A stretch of 62,885 nt of DNA, the filler included, from Aduncisulcus paluster (lineage: Eukaryota), in NCBI GenBank assembly GCA_024181965.1. It is 11 parts of 11 records of this genome, joined end to end, with 100 filler letters (N's around TTAATTAATTAA, not from the genome) between each part and the next. Parts side by side here need not be neighbours in the genome. Positions count along the whole stretch, not along the records: positions 9,946 to 11,943 come from BQXS01011770.1; positions 12,044 to 17,134 come from BQXS01011771.1; positions 17,235 to 19,677 come from BQXS01011772.1; positions 19,778 to 24,340 come from BQXS01011773.1; 7 more parts are not named here. The stretch is one strand, 5' to 3'. The notes under the pieces are model-generated. The model was not told the origin of the DNA. It made no database searches and worked only from the letters and a program-made list of their open reading frames with translations. This document shows, one piece after another, positions 10,809 through 23,500 of this stretch (the stretch's first letter is position 1; every line of letters starts with the position of its first letter). Position numbers and translations under genes: made by a program.

Positions 10809-11943
10809 ATGAGAATTATTGGCAAATGTATTGTTGATCTTGGAACTGGAGTGTACAAAGGCCCCTACCCAATTGGTCATCCAGATCTATCTGAAATTGA
10901 TGGATCCAAAGCATATGGGGAGTATCATCATGGTCATAATCATTCTAATTTATTGAAGTTCTTAAGAGGTAAAGATGGGATCTCTTTCTATCCCAATTTA
11001 CATCTCCCATTTATTACACGACATTATCTCAGTAAGTTTGTTGTAAGTCATGATAGTCGCCCTCATGGAATCAAAGATTTCGATGCAACATTCACAACAT
11101 CTGATGGAAAGAAGATTACAAAAGAATATCAAATGGGAGAGATGCCTCCAGAGCATCCAGATCTTTTCCCCTGGCAAGAGTTTCCGATAGATCTTGATAA
11201 TGTTATTTCTTGTGATATTCATGTTATATCGTCATGGGATGGAAGACAAGAGGATATTTGTTTGTATGGCATTCGATTTGTGATTGACAAGAAACAAGAG
11301 AAAGAGCAAGAAGCAAAGAAAGAAAAAGAACGCAGACGCGCCGAAATGAAAGACTTCATGAGTGATTTTATCTCTTCCACTCATCAGAAACTTGAAGAGC
11401 TTGAAAAACAGAGATTACATGATAGAAAAGAGTTTGAAAGGATTAGGGCTCAAGATAGAAAAGAGTTTGAGAAAGAACTTCAATCCAAACAATCTCAGAT
11501 CGTTTCCCTGCTGTCGACTCTTTCACAAGTGCAACAAAAGTCTGAATCTGACCGTTTGCGTCTTTCTCGAGAGCTTTCGTCTGTGCAATGAGAACTGTCC
11601 TGCGTGTCTGCCCGTGTGTCTGGCGGCACTGCCGAAGTGAGTGGCCGTGTGCAGAGCATGTATGAGCACACTGTTTCCCACCGTGCAGGCGTTCTGTCTG
11701 TTGTTGGAGAGCATGTTGATGTGAGTTGTGATGTGTCGACGATGAGTTCCACGCTGATGACGTCTGTGCCAAGCTCTTTGTGGCGCTGTGGCCTGTCTTG
11801 TGATGCCATGATGTTTGGGTTGGTGAGTGTGTTGCGCTTCTTGCAGGATGGTTGTGTTTCATGTGATCGTGATCGTGAACATGGATCAACTTGCACTTGC
11901 ACTTCTACTCCCACTGTGTCCATGCACACGAGTATCCGTGAAG
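10809..11943 (+). pseudogene. Divergent member of the same beta-domain family: one unit, coiled coil and Ser/Val-rich tail, with an in-frame TGA at 11589-11591
   Basis: FDATFTTSDGKKITKEYQM..WQEFPIDLDNVISCDI matches the family motif. ORFs 10800..11591 and 11604.. are in the same frame and separated by one TGA (SRELSSVQ*ELSCVS). Confidence 0.65.
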
Positions 11944-12043
11944 NNNNNNNNNNNNNNNNNNNNNNNNNNNNNNNNNNNNNNNNNNNNTTAATTAATTAAN
12001 NNNNNNNNNNNNNNNNNNNNNNNNNNNNNNNNNNNNNNNNNNN

Positions 12044-12643
12044 TTGGGAAATTCAGGAGTTGGAAAAACATGTGTTCTAGAAAGATATCAATCCGACAGG
12101 TTTTTCAGCACTTTCGGATCAACTGCTGGTGTGGAAACGTACATAAGGAAAGAAAAAATGGATGGCAAGGATGTTACCATTACATTTTATGATTCAGGAG
12201 GCCAAGAGAAGTTCAGAGCTATCGTTAGAAGTTACTATCGTAAATCTCGTGGTGCTGTTCTAGTTTATGATATTACTGATCGGAAGTCTTTCTTGGATCT
12301 TGATTATTGGGTCAGTGAGATGCAAGCACACTGCGAGTTTTCCCTTTCTGAAATGCCTATCATGGTTCTTGGGAATAAGTCAGACCATGGACACCTTAGA
12401 ACTGTTCCAACCGCTGAAGCTGAGGTATGGTGTGAAAGGCATGGTTTTGCCTTCCTCGAAACATCAGCTCTTACTGGGAAAAACACTTCTGATGCGTTCA
12501 AGTTGTTTATTCAGTTGATTCAGAAAATGGTTGTCAAACCTCTTGAAGACCAAGAAGAGGACTCGTCTGATTCATTTCTAACGAGAGAAACAGAAGGACT
12601 CCCATTGAAATCTGTTTCGAAAAAGGGTGCTTGTGGACGTTGA
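12044..12643 (+). CDS. Divergent Rab-family small GTPase, 5'-partial
   Basis: G boxes GNSGVGKT, DSGGQEKF, GNKSD and ETSA, RabF-like SYYR, and a C-terminal Cys (KKGACGR). Confidence 0.92.
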   Translation: MGNSGVGKTCVLERYQSDRFFSTFGSTAGVETYIRKEKMDGKDVTITFYDSGGQEKFRAIVRSYYRKSRGAVLVYDITDRKSFLDLDYWVSEMQAHCEFSLSEMPIMVLGNKSDHGHLRTVPTAEAEVWCERHGFAFLETSALTGKNTSDAFKLFIQLIQKMVVKPLEDQEEDSSDSFLTRETEGLPLKSVSKKGACGR

Positions 12644-13729
12644 TAAAAGAAAAAAAGATTAATGTGCCTTTTGATGATGTGGTTTCCAATTTGGGATCAT
12701 AAAGATCTTCTATCTTGGGTTTTTCTTGACTTTGTTTCTTTGATGGTTTATTTATATTTTCCGAGAAGGATTGAGATGGCTATTATTATGCGTGTGTGTA
12801 TCTTCCCAATTTGTTATCAACGATTCTTTGAGATCTTCTATCTTGGAGGTTTGCTTGACTTTATATTCTCGTTCCTTTCTAACGTTGAGAACGTGAGGTA
12901 ACGTAAAATTATATATTTACTAATAATCCGTTTCTTTCCTAAAATTGATGCATCAAATCAAATACAATTGTACAAAATAATCACCATTCTGAATATTTAT
13001 ATGGAAATTTGGCAACAATAATCAGGAAATTTGTTTTTGAGTATTCGATCTTGAATAATTCAATAGTTACCGAAAAATGTCAATTCGTTCAAAGTATCAT
13101 TCAATACAATTACAATAATCTCACACCTTTTTGAAGAATTCTTCATATTTCATAACATGAAATCCATGTGAAAATGAAAGCAATTGCATGGTTTCATAAA
13201 TTGCCGAGAAAAATAATATAAAAGTATCATGAAAAAAAGGAGAAATAGAATACCTTAGCGGATATCCAAAATATTGATATTTATCTACGCAATAGTATAG
13301 TATACTGTACTATACAAAGAGAGAAATAATTCTAGATTCAAAATAAAAATAATATCTCCAAGATGAGCAAAGTTTCAGGGACAATTGAACATAGAGAAAT
13401 CAAAAGTCGAGAAAAATGTCCCATACATTTCAAAAAAACAAAGAAAAACAAAGAAAAACAAAAAAGAAGTATAAACATTATATATTATATAATCTATTCT
13501 AATCTATTTAAAAAAATCTAAAATAAGGAGTATGCTCTTTCCATAGTGGTATATATATATATATAAATAGGATTACTGAGATTTCAGAAAATGATAACAA
13601 AACCTTATATATATATGTATTTATAAAAAGTCCAAAGAAAAACAAAACCATAAAAAATGATACAAAATCTGTAAAAAAAAATAATTTAAAACAAAACAGA
13701 AATGTACACAACAAATCAAAGCAAATCAC

Positions 13730-16700
13730 TCATTTTCTATCAAGAAATTGTTGAGCCAGATTTACAACAAACTTGTCATCATAGTATCTCCAAGCTCTGC
13801 TCTCCTCTTTAAGCAAAAGGAGACCAATTCGTTCCTCTTCCCCTTGACAGATATCGAGCCTTCGCAGTGTCGATATGACAAAATCAAGCAGGGAAAGTCC
13901 AGGAGGCGAAGGAGAAAAATCGAAAGGAATCTTCACCGTGGCAACGAGATTCTGTTTTGAGCCACCAGAGATAATGACTTCCCTATCAACGGGAGAGGTT
14001 GTGTTCTCCTCAAGGGGAGGAATTGACGAAGTGTCTCCATGGTCATGACTTGAACCAGAATAATGAGTGTGATTACCATGGGTTCCATTCTTATTTTCTT
14101 GATATTCAGTGCACATTCTTCCATTACTTTCATCATCGCAACTCAGTGAACTTACATGCCCTTTATCCTTGTCAATGGCGTAAAAGGGAGAAGAGAGAGG
14201 GAGAGGAACAAGAGATGGGGAGGTAGAACAGGACAAAGGGATGCTCTGAGGTTGTGTTGGAGAGGTGACAAATGATGGGAGTAGTGGATTCGATACATGA
14301 GAGTGAGAGGAGGATATAGAGTTGTGAGGGGAAGAAGACGGGGATATGGACAACCCACGTAATTGTTGAGGAATGGAGGGCTGGGATTCTGAGAATTGTT
14401 GAGAAGTGGATGCATGTCGACCTTCGCCTTGAATGGGAATTGGGTCATATTTTTCATATTCTTGCTCAATCTCGACAGCATCTTCGTTAATGGATGATTT
14501 TCCTTCACTCATTCCAACCGATGATGGTTCTCTGAAGGATTTAGAGTCAGATTGGGCAGCATACTGACCTTTCGGATCAGTATTAATGACCATAATTGTC
14601 CCACTTGGGGGAACACTACTCTTCTGACTATCAACAGTGCCAGGATCGGGAATTGACACATGTTCCTTCCTGAGTTGATGTTGCTGAGGACCACATGGAG
14701 CAGAATGTTTTCGAGGTTGTAATTCATTCTCGTAGATTCGACACATATTGACACGGACTTTGACTCCACAAACGGTTTCCATTTCTTTAAGAGCAGCAAT
14801 GCAGTTCAACCCATTTTTTCGATGCATAAAATTGACAAATACTCGATTCTTTCCCTGTCGAATATTTCGAATGGCTCCATACTTGGAACACAGTTTATCC
14901 AACGCATCAAGAGGAATCCACTCTTCGGTTCTAGCCGAAGGTTTCCGTGCTTTATACGGTATCAAAACAATAGAGCCGTCAGCAGAATTATATTTGGACA
15001 TGATATTCGAAAAGTCTCTCGATGTTGTCCCTTCTGATCGAGGATGCCATTTGTGGGAAGGATTACCACGTGTTTGAGGTTGCTTTGAACTACCTGTATC
15101 TGATACATATTTCTCTGAAGTATGGTGGACATCTGACGAGACAACGAATCCTGTTCCATGGCCTTGCTGAGGATATTGATGTTGTTGGGTCTGAGTTTGG
15201 GATGGATGATATTGGCCTGGGATAGCATGAGAATGATCACCAAGCTGGACACCAGGTATTGAAGGGAATGAACGTTGCATCGACACAGGGTCATATGCTT
15301 GATGCTGGTGATAAGGAGATGGCTGATATGGAACATGTTGCCGTTGAGACATATGAGAATACACCACAGAAGGGTTTGTGCTCGAGAATTGATGATACTG
15401 CCCAGAAGTCGACATGGAAGAAACAGAAGATGACGAGGAAGAAGAAGACGAAGCAGAGGAAGAGGAAGGAACAACGGGATATGAATGAATTGATGGGTGG
15501 TATTGAGTCCCAGGGATTGGATGAGAGGGTTGTTGAGATACCGAATATCCAGAATAAGTTTGATAAGATTCACTTGATTGGGGATGTTGGAAGGTAGGCA
15601 CACCTGAATGGCTACTTGTGGCTGATGTCCCTTCTGAATGCCACGATGTTTTCCTGTGTCTTTGATGTGAGTCAGGGTGTGAATGTTGAGGATAAGCATG
15701 GGTATGTGAGCCTGAATGATCTTGTGTGGGAGAATGTTTTGATTCTTCTGAATAACGAAGGTCTTTAGTGCCCTTGATGTTGATATTTTTTTGAGATGTT
15801 TGAGATTGATGCTGTTTATGGTATGATTTAATGTCAGATTGACTCATATTTCGGAGATATGAAGAAGATGTCCTGCGCCGGATATAAGGTCTCACAATGA
15901 TATCATGCCTCTTTCCTTCCTTGTCTTTGATATACGACATGCCATCGATGCATCGAGATACACTCTTATCAGATGCAAATGTCACGATAGCATAGGAACT
16001 GGGGGATGTGGTGGCCACGAAGGGAGAGATCGGAGAGAACTGAGTTATTCCTTCTCCATCACGAGACAGGCGACCAATTCCATGAATATATACGCTCGTG
16101 ACGGACCCATACTTATCACAAATAGTCATCAGATCACCAGGTGATATCGAGCTTGGGATACTGCGGACATATACAGAGCACGAGTCCTGTTCATCTATGC
16201 TTGAATGATGTTGTGAAAGGGATAGAATCGAATGAGTAGACTCTCCTCGTGGAATGGCTGAAGACCCTGTTGATTTTTGTCTTGATATGGAAATATCACG
16301 GTGTGAAGATGAATGCATACTCCCTCCAGAACTATTATTCCGACCACCACGATCACTATGGCCACGATCACTATGGCCATGATCAACATGACCTCGAGCA
16401 CTGGATTTACGATACTCTCCGGTCTTTTGTGGGTATGGCGAGGACTGTTGAATTGAAGGTCTCTTTCGAGGTCCTCTCGCAGAATGATATCCCTCACCAT
16501 GGGGCATATCATGGTGCCCTCTATGACTCATTTGAGTGTGAGTTGTATGAAGAGCTTCTTTGGATCTGTCGAACTTGGCATCAGGCGAACTATCATGTTT
16601 ATGATCAATCTCTCTGTACTGGCCAGGTCTAAGATCATGAGCACTGTAACTGTGATGGTATTGTTTCGTGGAACTGTGCTGATGTGATCTGGTCACATCT

Positions 16701-17134
16701 CTCTCTCGTTCACTATGATGGTGATGGTCGGCGGTATTGCTGCGGGCATATTCTTCTCTCACGAGAAGTTTCTCAGTGTTCCCTTCCGACTTGTAATGAT
16801 GAGAATGTGCGTATTCACTGCTATATGGCTGTTCTGAAGGAATAATGGGTGTGGATAGGGAAGGATCTTCTCCAGAATGCACTACAGAAGGCTCAGAGTG
16901 CGAAATAGTCCCGTCAGCACCTTCAGAGGCAAGTGGAGAAGCAATAAGAGACTCAGGGGAAGGAGTGTCACTGCATTCCCGAATGGATTGGCAAGAACCA
17001 TCTGGTTCATCTCCAAAATCCCTGTCAACATCTTCTGCCCCTTCCTCAAAAGAACTGCCCTTCTTTCCAATGTTAAAGGACTGTTTTGAAGAAGGTCCTG
17101 CCGATGCTTTCGATGTATGAGCTTGGTGTGGGCC
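13730..17134 (-). CDS. Large low-complexity RNA-binding protein with two RRM-like domains, 5'-partial
   Basis: The frame is open to the contig edge. RRM1 reads SVYVRSIP..CDKYGSVTSVYI..YAIVTF; RRM2 reads CSKYGAIRNIR..RVFVNF. Linkers are His/Ser/Gln-rich. Confidence 0.8.
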   Translation of the reverse strand, partial: GPHQAHTSKASAGPSSKQSFNIGKKGSSFEEGAEDVDRDFGDEPDGSCQSIRECSDTPSPESLIASPLASEGADGTISHSEPSVVHSGEDPSLSTPIIPSEQPYSSEYAHSHHYKSEGNTEKLLVREEYARSNTADHHHHSERERDVTRSHQHSSTKQYHHSYSAHDLRPGQYREIDHKHDSSPDAKFDRSKEALHTTHTQMSHRGHHDMPHGEGYHSARGPRKRPSIQQSSPYPQKTGEYRKSSARGHVDHGHSDRGHSDRGGRNNSSGGSMHSSSHRDISISRQKSTGSSAIPRGESTHSILSLSQHHSSIDEQDSCSVYVRSIPSSISPGDLMTICDKYGSVTSVYIHGIGRLSRDGEGITQFSPISPFVATTSPSSYAIVTFASDKSVSRCIDGMSYIKDKEGKRHDIIVRPYIRRRTSSSYLRNMSQSDIKSYHKQHQSQTSQKNINIKGTKDLRYSEESKHSPTQDHSGSHTHAYPQHSHPDSHQRHRKTSWHSEGTSATSSHSGVPTFQHPQSSESYQTYSGYSVSQQPSHPIPGTQYHPSIHSYPVVPSSSSASSSSSSSSSVSSMSTSGQYHQFSSTNPSVVYSHMSQRQHVPYQPSPYHQHQAYDPVSMQRSFPSIPGVQLGDHSHAIPGQYHPSQTQTQQHQYPQQGHGTGFVVSSDVHHTSEKYVSDTGSSKQPQTRGNPSHKWHPRSEGTTSRDFSNIMSKYNSADGSIVLIPYKARKPSARTEEWIPLDALDKLCSKYGAIRNIRQGKNRVFVNFMHRKNGLNCIAALKEMETVCGVKVRVNMCRIYENELQPRKHSAPCGPQQHQLRKEHVSIPDPGTVDSQKSSVPPSGTIMVINTDPKGQYAAQSDSKSFREPSSVGMSEGKSSINEDAVEIEQEYEKYDPIPIQGEGRHASTSQQFSESQPSIPQQLRGLSISPSSSPHNSISSSHSHVSNPLLPSFVTSPTQPQSIPLSCSTSPSLVPLPLSSPFYAIDKDKGHVSSLSCDDESNGRMCTEYQENKNGTHGNHTHYSGSSHDHGDTSSIPPLEENTTSPVDREVIISGGSKQNLVATVKIPFDFSPSPPGLSLLDFVISTLRRLDICQGEEERIGLLLLKEESRAWRYYDDKFVVNLAQQFLDRK

Positions 17135-17234
17135 NNNNNNNNNNNNNNNNNNNNNNNNNNNNNNNNNNNNNNNNNNNNTTAATTAATTAANNNNNNNNNN
17201 NNNNNNNNNNNNNNNNNNNNNNNNNNNNNNNNNN

Positions 17235-17610
17235 GTCTCTTGGGATATACATGAGCCCCTTACGCAAGATGAAAGGTTCGAAAATGGAGGAACATTCATT
17301 CCTCCAGGTTGTGAAATAGCTAAACCTTCATCATCAACAACATCAAAAATTTCTGGTGATCTAGATTTGGAACGGGGAGTATTGAAGTTGTCCTCCTCTT
17401 CCTCTTCTTTGTCTTTGGGATCAAAGGGGTCACCAGAAGTTTCTTCTTCCTTTGATCCATGTCTGGCATTGTGGTCACAATCTTCACTCGCCTCATCTTG
17501 GTGGATTGCCCGATGAGGCGGTTCCTTGGCTGCCGGTTCTTGGTCTGTGCCTTCGACCTGTCTCTTTCCTGACCTGGGTAGCGGTAGAGACCGTTTTGTA
17601 GCCTTTTGAC
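17235..17610 (-). CDS. Acidic low-complexity coding fragment, possibly the N-terminus of the RRM protein
   Basis: Open frame on the same strand, running into the spacer. A candidate intron lies upstream at 17611-17688 (GTAATT..TTTCCAG). Confidence 0.5.
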
Positions 17611-17718
17611 CTGGAAAATGTTCAGATTCCAACCAAAAACAAGTTATTGTTTTTTGATTCCTTATTTTCAATTTTATTAGAGAATTACCTTGTTTTTTTG
17701 ACAGATTCGATATTTTAT

Positions 17719-18681
17719 ATGGGTTTTTTTAGATTTAAACTTTATTTTATCCTCATCTCTTTCTTGATCTTTCATAGATGTCTCTCAGATACTTCTGGAA
17801 TGAGGCCTGTTGTATTGATGCACGGAATCAATGGAAATGCTGGTAATATGAAACATTTTCAAGAATGGATTCAAGAAGATTCTCCTGATACCTATGTCCT
17901 CGACGTTGAATTGGGTAATGGAGCTTTTGATTCCATATTTGGAGACATTACGAAATGGGCTCTTGATTTCATTGAAATAGTTGGAACCGATGAAGTTATC
18001 TCTGAATTTGGCAGTTTCAATCTGATTTGTCATTCTCAAGGGAATATGTTCTGTTTGTATTATATTGGCATGCACAACAGCAGTTATGTGAAAGAACAAC
18101 TCCCAGATTACGATCTCGACTCATTCCCAACCGTGTACAATTACATGTCCATCGCAGCCCCAGCTGCTGGATTCTTCGGTGATGATGACTCCTTTGAAAT
18201 GATTGGATTAGAGACAAATGATATAGCAAAAGTTGGAGGTTCCATTATTTACACTCCTTATATTCTTCAATTACTCGTTAACCCTTCCGGATATTGGCGT
18301 GATCCCATGCATCTTGATGTCTATCGAAAGTTATGTCTCTTCTTGCCCATCCTGAACAATGAGATATCACATCCAGACTTTGCCCTTAACAAACAGAACA
18401 GAATGTCTTTGAATTACTACAAGATGTTTGGATCTCCAAATGATGGAGTTATTTCCCCCTATCAAAGCACATGGTATGGATATTTTAAGGAGGGTACACT
18501 CGAAGAATTTGTAACCGCAGAGGAGACAGATACTTGGGAGAATGTTGGATTAAAAGATTTGGATGAAGCCGGGAAGTTAGAGTTTGTAGATTCTGGAATG
18601 TGTCACACAGATTATCTTTATGAAGACACAGGAGGAAAAGCCTTTTTTGAAAAAGAAATGAAAGATTATGTTATTAATTGA
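17719..18681 (+). CDS. Palmitoyl-protein thioesterase (PPT1/PPT2 family) with signal peptide
   Basis: Motifs RPVVLMHGI, nucleophile elbow ICHSQG, YWRDP, FLPILNNE, PNDGVISP and a catalytic His in MCHTD. The N-terminus from ATG 17719 is hydrophobic. Confidence 0.9.
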   Translation: MGFFRFKLYFILISFLIFHRCLSDTSGMRPVVLMHGINGNAGNMKHFQEWIQEDSPDTYVLDVELGNGAFDSIFGDITKWALDFIEIVGTDEVISEFGSFNLICHSQGNMFCLYYIGMHNSSYVKEQLPDYDLDSFPTVYNYMSIAAPAAGFFGDDDSFEMIGLETNDIAKVGGSIIYTPYILQLLVNPSGYWRDPMHLDVYRKLCLFLPILNNEISHPDFALNKQNRMSLNYYKMFGSPNDGVISPYQSTWYGYFKEGTLEEFVTAEETDTWENVGLKDLDEAGKLEFVDSGMCHTDYLYEDTGGKAFFEKEMKDYVIN

Positions 18682-19918
18682 GTTATTAATGTGTATCTTT
18701 TCGATTCATTTTTGTTTGTCACTTGCATGTGACCTTGGATAATTTTTGTCGTATTAGTGTTGTTTTATTTAACCAATAACCAAGTAAATGATTTCCAGTA
18801 AGTTTTTTTTTTTTAATATATACGCTGGTGGTGAGAACCTAAACTCAAATGAAGGGATAAAACGAAAATACCGGGACCGGCAGGTGCCGGTATTTAAAAT
18901 ACCGGCAAAATGTTCCAGCCAGAAATAGTCATTAAATTAAACATTTATGATATTATTTTAAAGAATTTGTGTGTTTATAACTCGATTTAAGCATTTGAAA
19001 CATTATAACTATTTGATATCAGACATTGGAAGTATTTGGGAGTTTTTTGTCACATTTTGAAAGTGATAGTTCATAATTATAGTGAAAAAATGCTTTTNNN
19101 NNNNNNNNNNNNNNNNNAAGATTATGTTATTAATTGAGTTATTAATGTGTATCTTTTCGATTCATTTTTGTTTGTCACTTGCATGTGACCTTGGATAATT
19201 TTTGTCGTATTAGTGTTGTTTTATTTAACCAATAACCAAGTAAATGATTTCCAGTAAGTTTTTTTTTTTTTAATATATACGCTGGTGGTGAGAACCTAAA
19301 CTCAAATGAAGGGATAAAACGAAAATACCGGGACCGGCAGGTGCCGGTATTTAAAATACCGGCAAAATGTTCCAGCCAGAAATAGTCATTAAATTAAACA
19401 TTTATGATATTATTTTAAAGAATTTGTGTGTTTATAACTCGATTTAAGCATTTGAAACATTATAACTATTTGATATCAGACATTGGAAGTATTTGGGAGT
19501 TTTTTGTCACATTTTGAAAGTGATAGTTCATAATTATAGTGAAAAAATGCTTTTAAGGTTACTTTTATAAATTTAAAGCGACTTTTATGCTCAAATTAAA
19601 TGAATGAAGATTTTATTTGTCATTTTTTATTTTTGGGAGCGTTGGGATCTTTGAGAAGTTCTTTTCATAATTTCAGGNNNNNNNNNNNNNNNNNNNNNNN
19701 NNNNNNNNNNNNNNNNNNNNNTTAATTAATTAANNNNNNNNNNNNNNNNNNNNNNNNNNNNNNNNNNNNNNNNNNNNACCTTTCTAGTTCATGATTTATA
19801 TCAAATATTCATGAAAGTATCCCCACTGACACTCTTGATGTAGAATAGGATTATCTTATTGTTTTTAAGCAATAATAATACGCTTGCTTTTCGATTTCTC
19901 GTTTGGCTTGTCCCTTCA

Positions 19919-20520
19919 CCATGAATAATGTTGATGATGAAATAAAATAATAAATGGAATGAATTACAAATGAATGACACTAGCCATTTCGATGATATCC
20001 TCAGATTTAGAATTTTGGCTTGTCTTATCGCTATTCACAAGAAACATGTTGTTTTGCAATAATGGATCAGCATGGAGGGGTCTTTGCGTCAAGATTTGTG
20101 GACGAATCTCAATATATAATCAGTATGTTTATTAGAACCATGTCAATGATATTGAATCTATAGTATGATAAAGAAAATGCTAACTCAGTGATTTCTTTTA
20201 AAATTTTCAAAGGTCGAGGACATTCTCTCTCCTTGAAATCGATAGATAAAAGCAAGTTGACCCTATCGACGCTTGGTATTCCTGCGGTGTGCCATCATAT
20301 CTCTCAGGTCATTCCACACAAAGAAAACAAGTATTTCTTATGTTCATGCCAACGATTTTTGCTTTTAGTTTCGATTAACGTTGCCTCTGAGCTTAAATTA
20401 CTCTCAATGACTGAGAGGAAGCACTTTTTCTTGGCCAGTGGTTTCCTTCTTGAGTCCGATTCTCTCCATTATATTGCTCTATTGACCAATTCCCGCATTA
20501 TTTCAGGTAAAATATCTATA
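19919..20520 (+). repeat. Inverted ~600-bp duplicate of the 5' end of the WDR6 gene (mirror of 23739-24340)
   Basis: ORF 20188 is identical to the start of ORF 24071(-). Coordinates mirror as pos' = 44259 - pos. Confidence 0.9.
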
Positions 20521-20547
20521 AAAAGAATAATTTAAGATTTAATTTCT

Positions 20548-23500
20548 TTACTTGAGTTTGTTTTCAAAAGATATAAGTTGACAACCATCCCCGATCAATA
20601 GAAGTTCAATTCTTGACACAGCAGGGTGGAATTTTCTCCATAAACATACGCTTGCAAGGTGGTGAATGAATGACTTTTCTTCATCAATAACTTTTGGATT
20701 CCCAATATCTGAAATATTCCACAAAATAACACGAGAATCATAACCTGCGGATACAAAAAGTTCCTTAGATATTGAAGTTACACATCGAATACTTGATTTA
20801 TGTGCATGAAATTTCGAACTAATCGATAATTCAAATGATTTAGGTTCGAACAATGACATGATTACATGTTCATCATCTCCCCCTGTTATAAAAACACAAG
20901 TATCATCTTTTCTGATGACTGACAGTGAATTGACTCCTGATTGATGAACCTTTTGATGAGTAAGTAAAGCAGATCCATGGTAGAAATGATCAACTGTCTC
21001 ACTTCCAACGAGCAATTCAAACTTATTCTTCCTATTACTAATCAACTCCTTCAAATCAAGCTTATACACTGACACACATCCGTCTGCACTTCCACATGCG
21101 ACATAGACCTCTCCATTAAGAATAAAAGATTTAACGGAATAAACAGGACCCATTCCAGCAATACACCTAAGAATGAGCTCGAATCTATTCTCAATCTCCT
21201 GAAATATTATGAGTTCCCCATTGATACTTCCAACACAGATTATTGGAAAAGAAGACCATTTAAGAACATCCACACACGTCAATCTCTGAGATAATGCATG
21301 GTGCTTATGGGTGTCTGGATCAAGATAAGAATGATAGAATGGAGATTTGATAACAGACACACAATTGGCAACTTGTTGCGAATCAGAAGTTAGTTGTACT
21401 AACCTTTTCTCAACAAGACTCTGAGCACCACAAACATAAAGGTGAAACTTTGAGGCTCCAACAGGAGAGCAGCATATAGATCTTAAAGCACCGCCATCTC
21501 CTCTACCGAGTGGCTGTGTTGGAGCCAAGCCTGTGGAATCCTTTGACCATATGCACATACACCCAGCCTCCCCGACAGTTGCACACACACCATCAGAGAG
21601 ATGCACAGAATCTCGCCCATACAAGCGATGCCCACCGCCAAAAATATTGGTGCAATCCACTTGGAAGGAGTGAAATATAACTGTTGCTCCCTCTGTTGAG
21701 ATAATATGAACATACTTGTCCAACGAAGAGATCATTGCGCTGGGAAGTCCAGAAATACTGCGAATACGAAGATATTCTTGTCCAGCACAGTCGATCACAT
21801 GGATAGAATTCAACTGAGTGGTTAGACATTTTATAGAATCAAATCGATGAATGATCTCACTTTCATTTCGACANNNNNNNNNNNNNNNNNNNNCCCGACA
21901 GTTGCACACACACCATCAGAGAGATGCACAGAATCTCGCCCATACAAGCGATGCCCACCGCCAAAAATATTGGTGCAATCCACTTGGAAGGAGTGAAATA
22001 TAACTGTTGCTCCCTCTGTTGAGATAATATGAACATACTTGTCCAACGAAGAGATCATTGCGCTGGGAAGTCCAGAAATACTGCGAATACGAAGATATTC
22101 TTGTCCAGCACAGTCGATCACATGGATAGAATTCAACTGAGTGGTTAGACATTTTATAGAATCAAATCGATGAATGATCTCACTTTCATTTCGACACGGA
22201 ATACAGTGCGGGAGCCAACAAAGATTCAACCGGTTTGTTGTGATTTGTTTTAAACGCATCATTTCAAGTGTCATTGAATGCATACTCCCATCTTCTTGTG
22301 TTACACTGTGTTTATGAATCATGGACTTAAATAGTCCAACTCTTCCGTGAGTCCAGAGAACAACATGGTAGGCACAAAGAAACACAGAAGATGGAATGGT
22401 CAGAATGAAGCTTACTGAATGTTTGAAAGAGGAACACGGGAGACCTGAACATATCTTGAGAGGAATAGAATATATTGAAGGGAGAGGGGGGGAATCGAAA
22501 GAACTATTATCTACTTTCCCAATGGGAGTCAAATCATGCAAGTCACACGAATAATATGATATCTTCTGTTTGCTATCACCGATAACAATAACTGTATAAG
22601 AATCAATGATTTGACTCGACAAACATGATATTTTGGCCTCTTTCTTTCCACGGTTTATCCTCCCAGAATAAAGGACTTCTCCATGAATTATATTGCATAT
22701 AGAACAATTATTGGCATAACAAACACATAAGATAATCGAGGGCGCTGTTTTACCTGTTGATACACGTCTTTTCCCAATGTCTTCAATCTCTTCTTCAGAA
22801 ACTCCAGGACAAAGAGAAATGCAACAATGACGAACAGATATTCTATAGTGTTGATGTAAATACAAAGGTACCACGTCATACGTCTTAGATAAAGACGAAG
22901 AACATGTCAGAAGACAATTCTTCCCATTGTCACATCCAAAAAATACATATAAAATATCATGATTAAAAATTCCTTGAATTGCTGTAATCCCTCTCTTTCC
23001 AGCCTCTTTTTCATGGAATAATAAGGTTTTATCGCCATTAATATCACAAATAAAGATATTTCCATCATTACAACCAATTATAGATTGTTTCTCAGATACA
23101 ACTTGAACACACCGAACCAGAGAGGGAAAAGAAGCTATTCTTTGCGATTCCTTCGGAATTTTTGTATTGTAACAAGATATATGAACCTCTCCATCAGATG
23201 TTGCACTTAGACATGAAACTACTCCATGACCGTCGTGGAGGGCGATATTTCTGATATTCAAACCTTTATGCTGACAGTGCATGATAAGTTCCTCTCCGGA
23301 ATATAGCAACATACAGCCCCTAACACCTCCGCTAGCAATGTAATCTCTTCCTCCAACACATATTCCACTCACTGCCCAGACACGGGTCTCATGTCGGGTG
23401 GAGACACTTCGAAGAATCATACTGTCATCTTTCCAGTCATATAGACTGACAGTTCTATCCTCTGCACCCGCACAAAGGGATAATTTGGATCGGGAAGACT

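Noticed and set aside
12662..12901. Hydrophobic 79-aa ORF after the Rab, with a diverged ~30-bp direct repeat
   Set aside because: It is T-rich 3' flank sequence with no motif, and neither strand gives a convincing gene.
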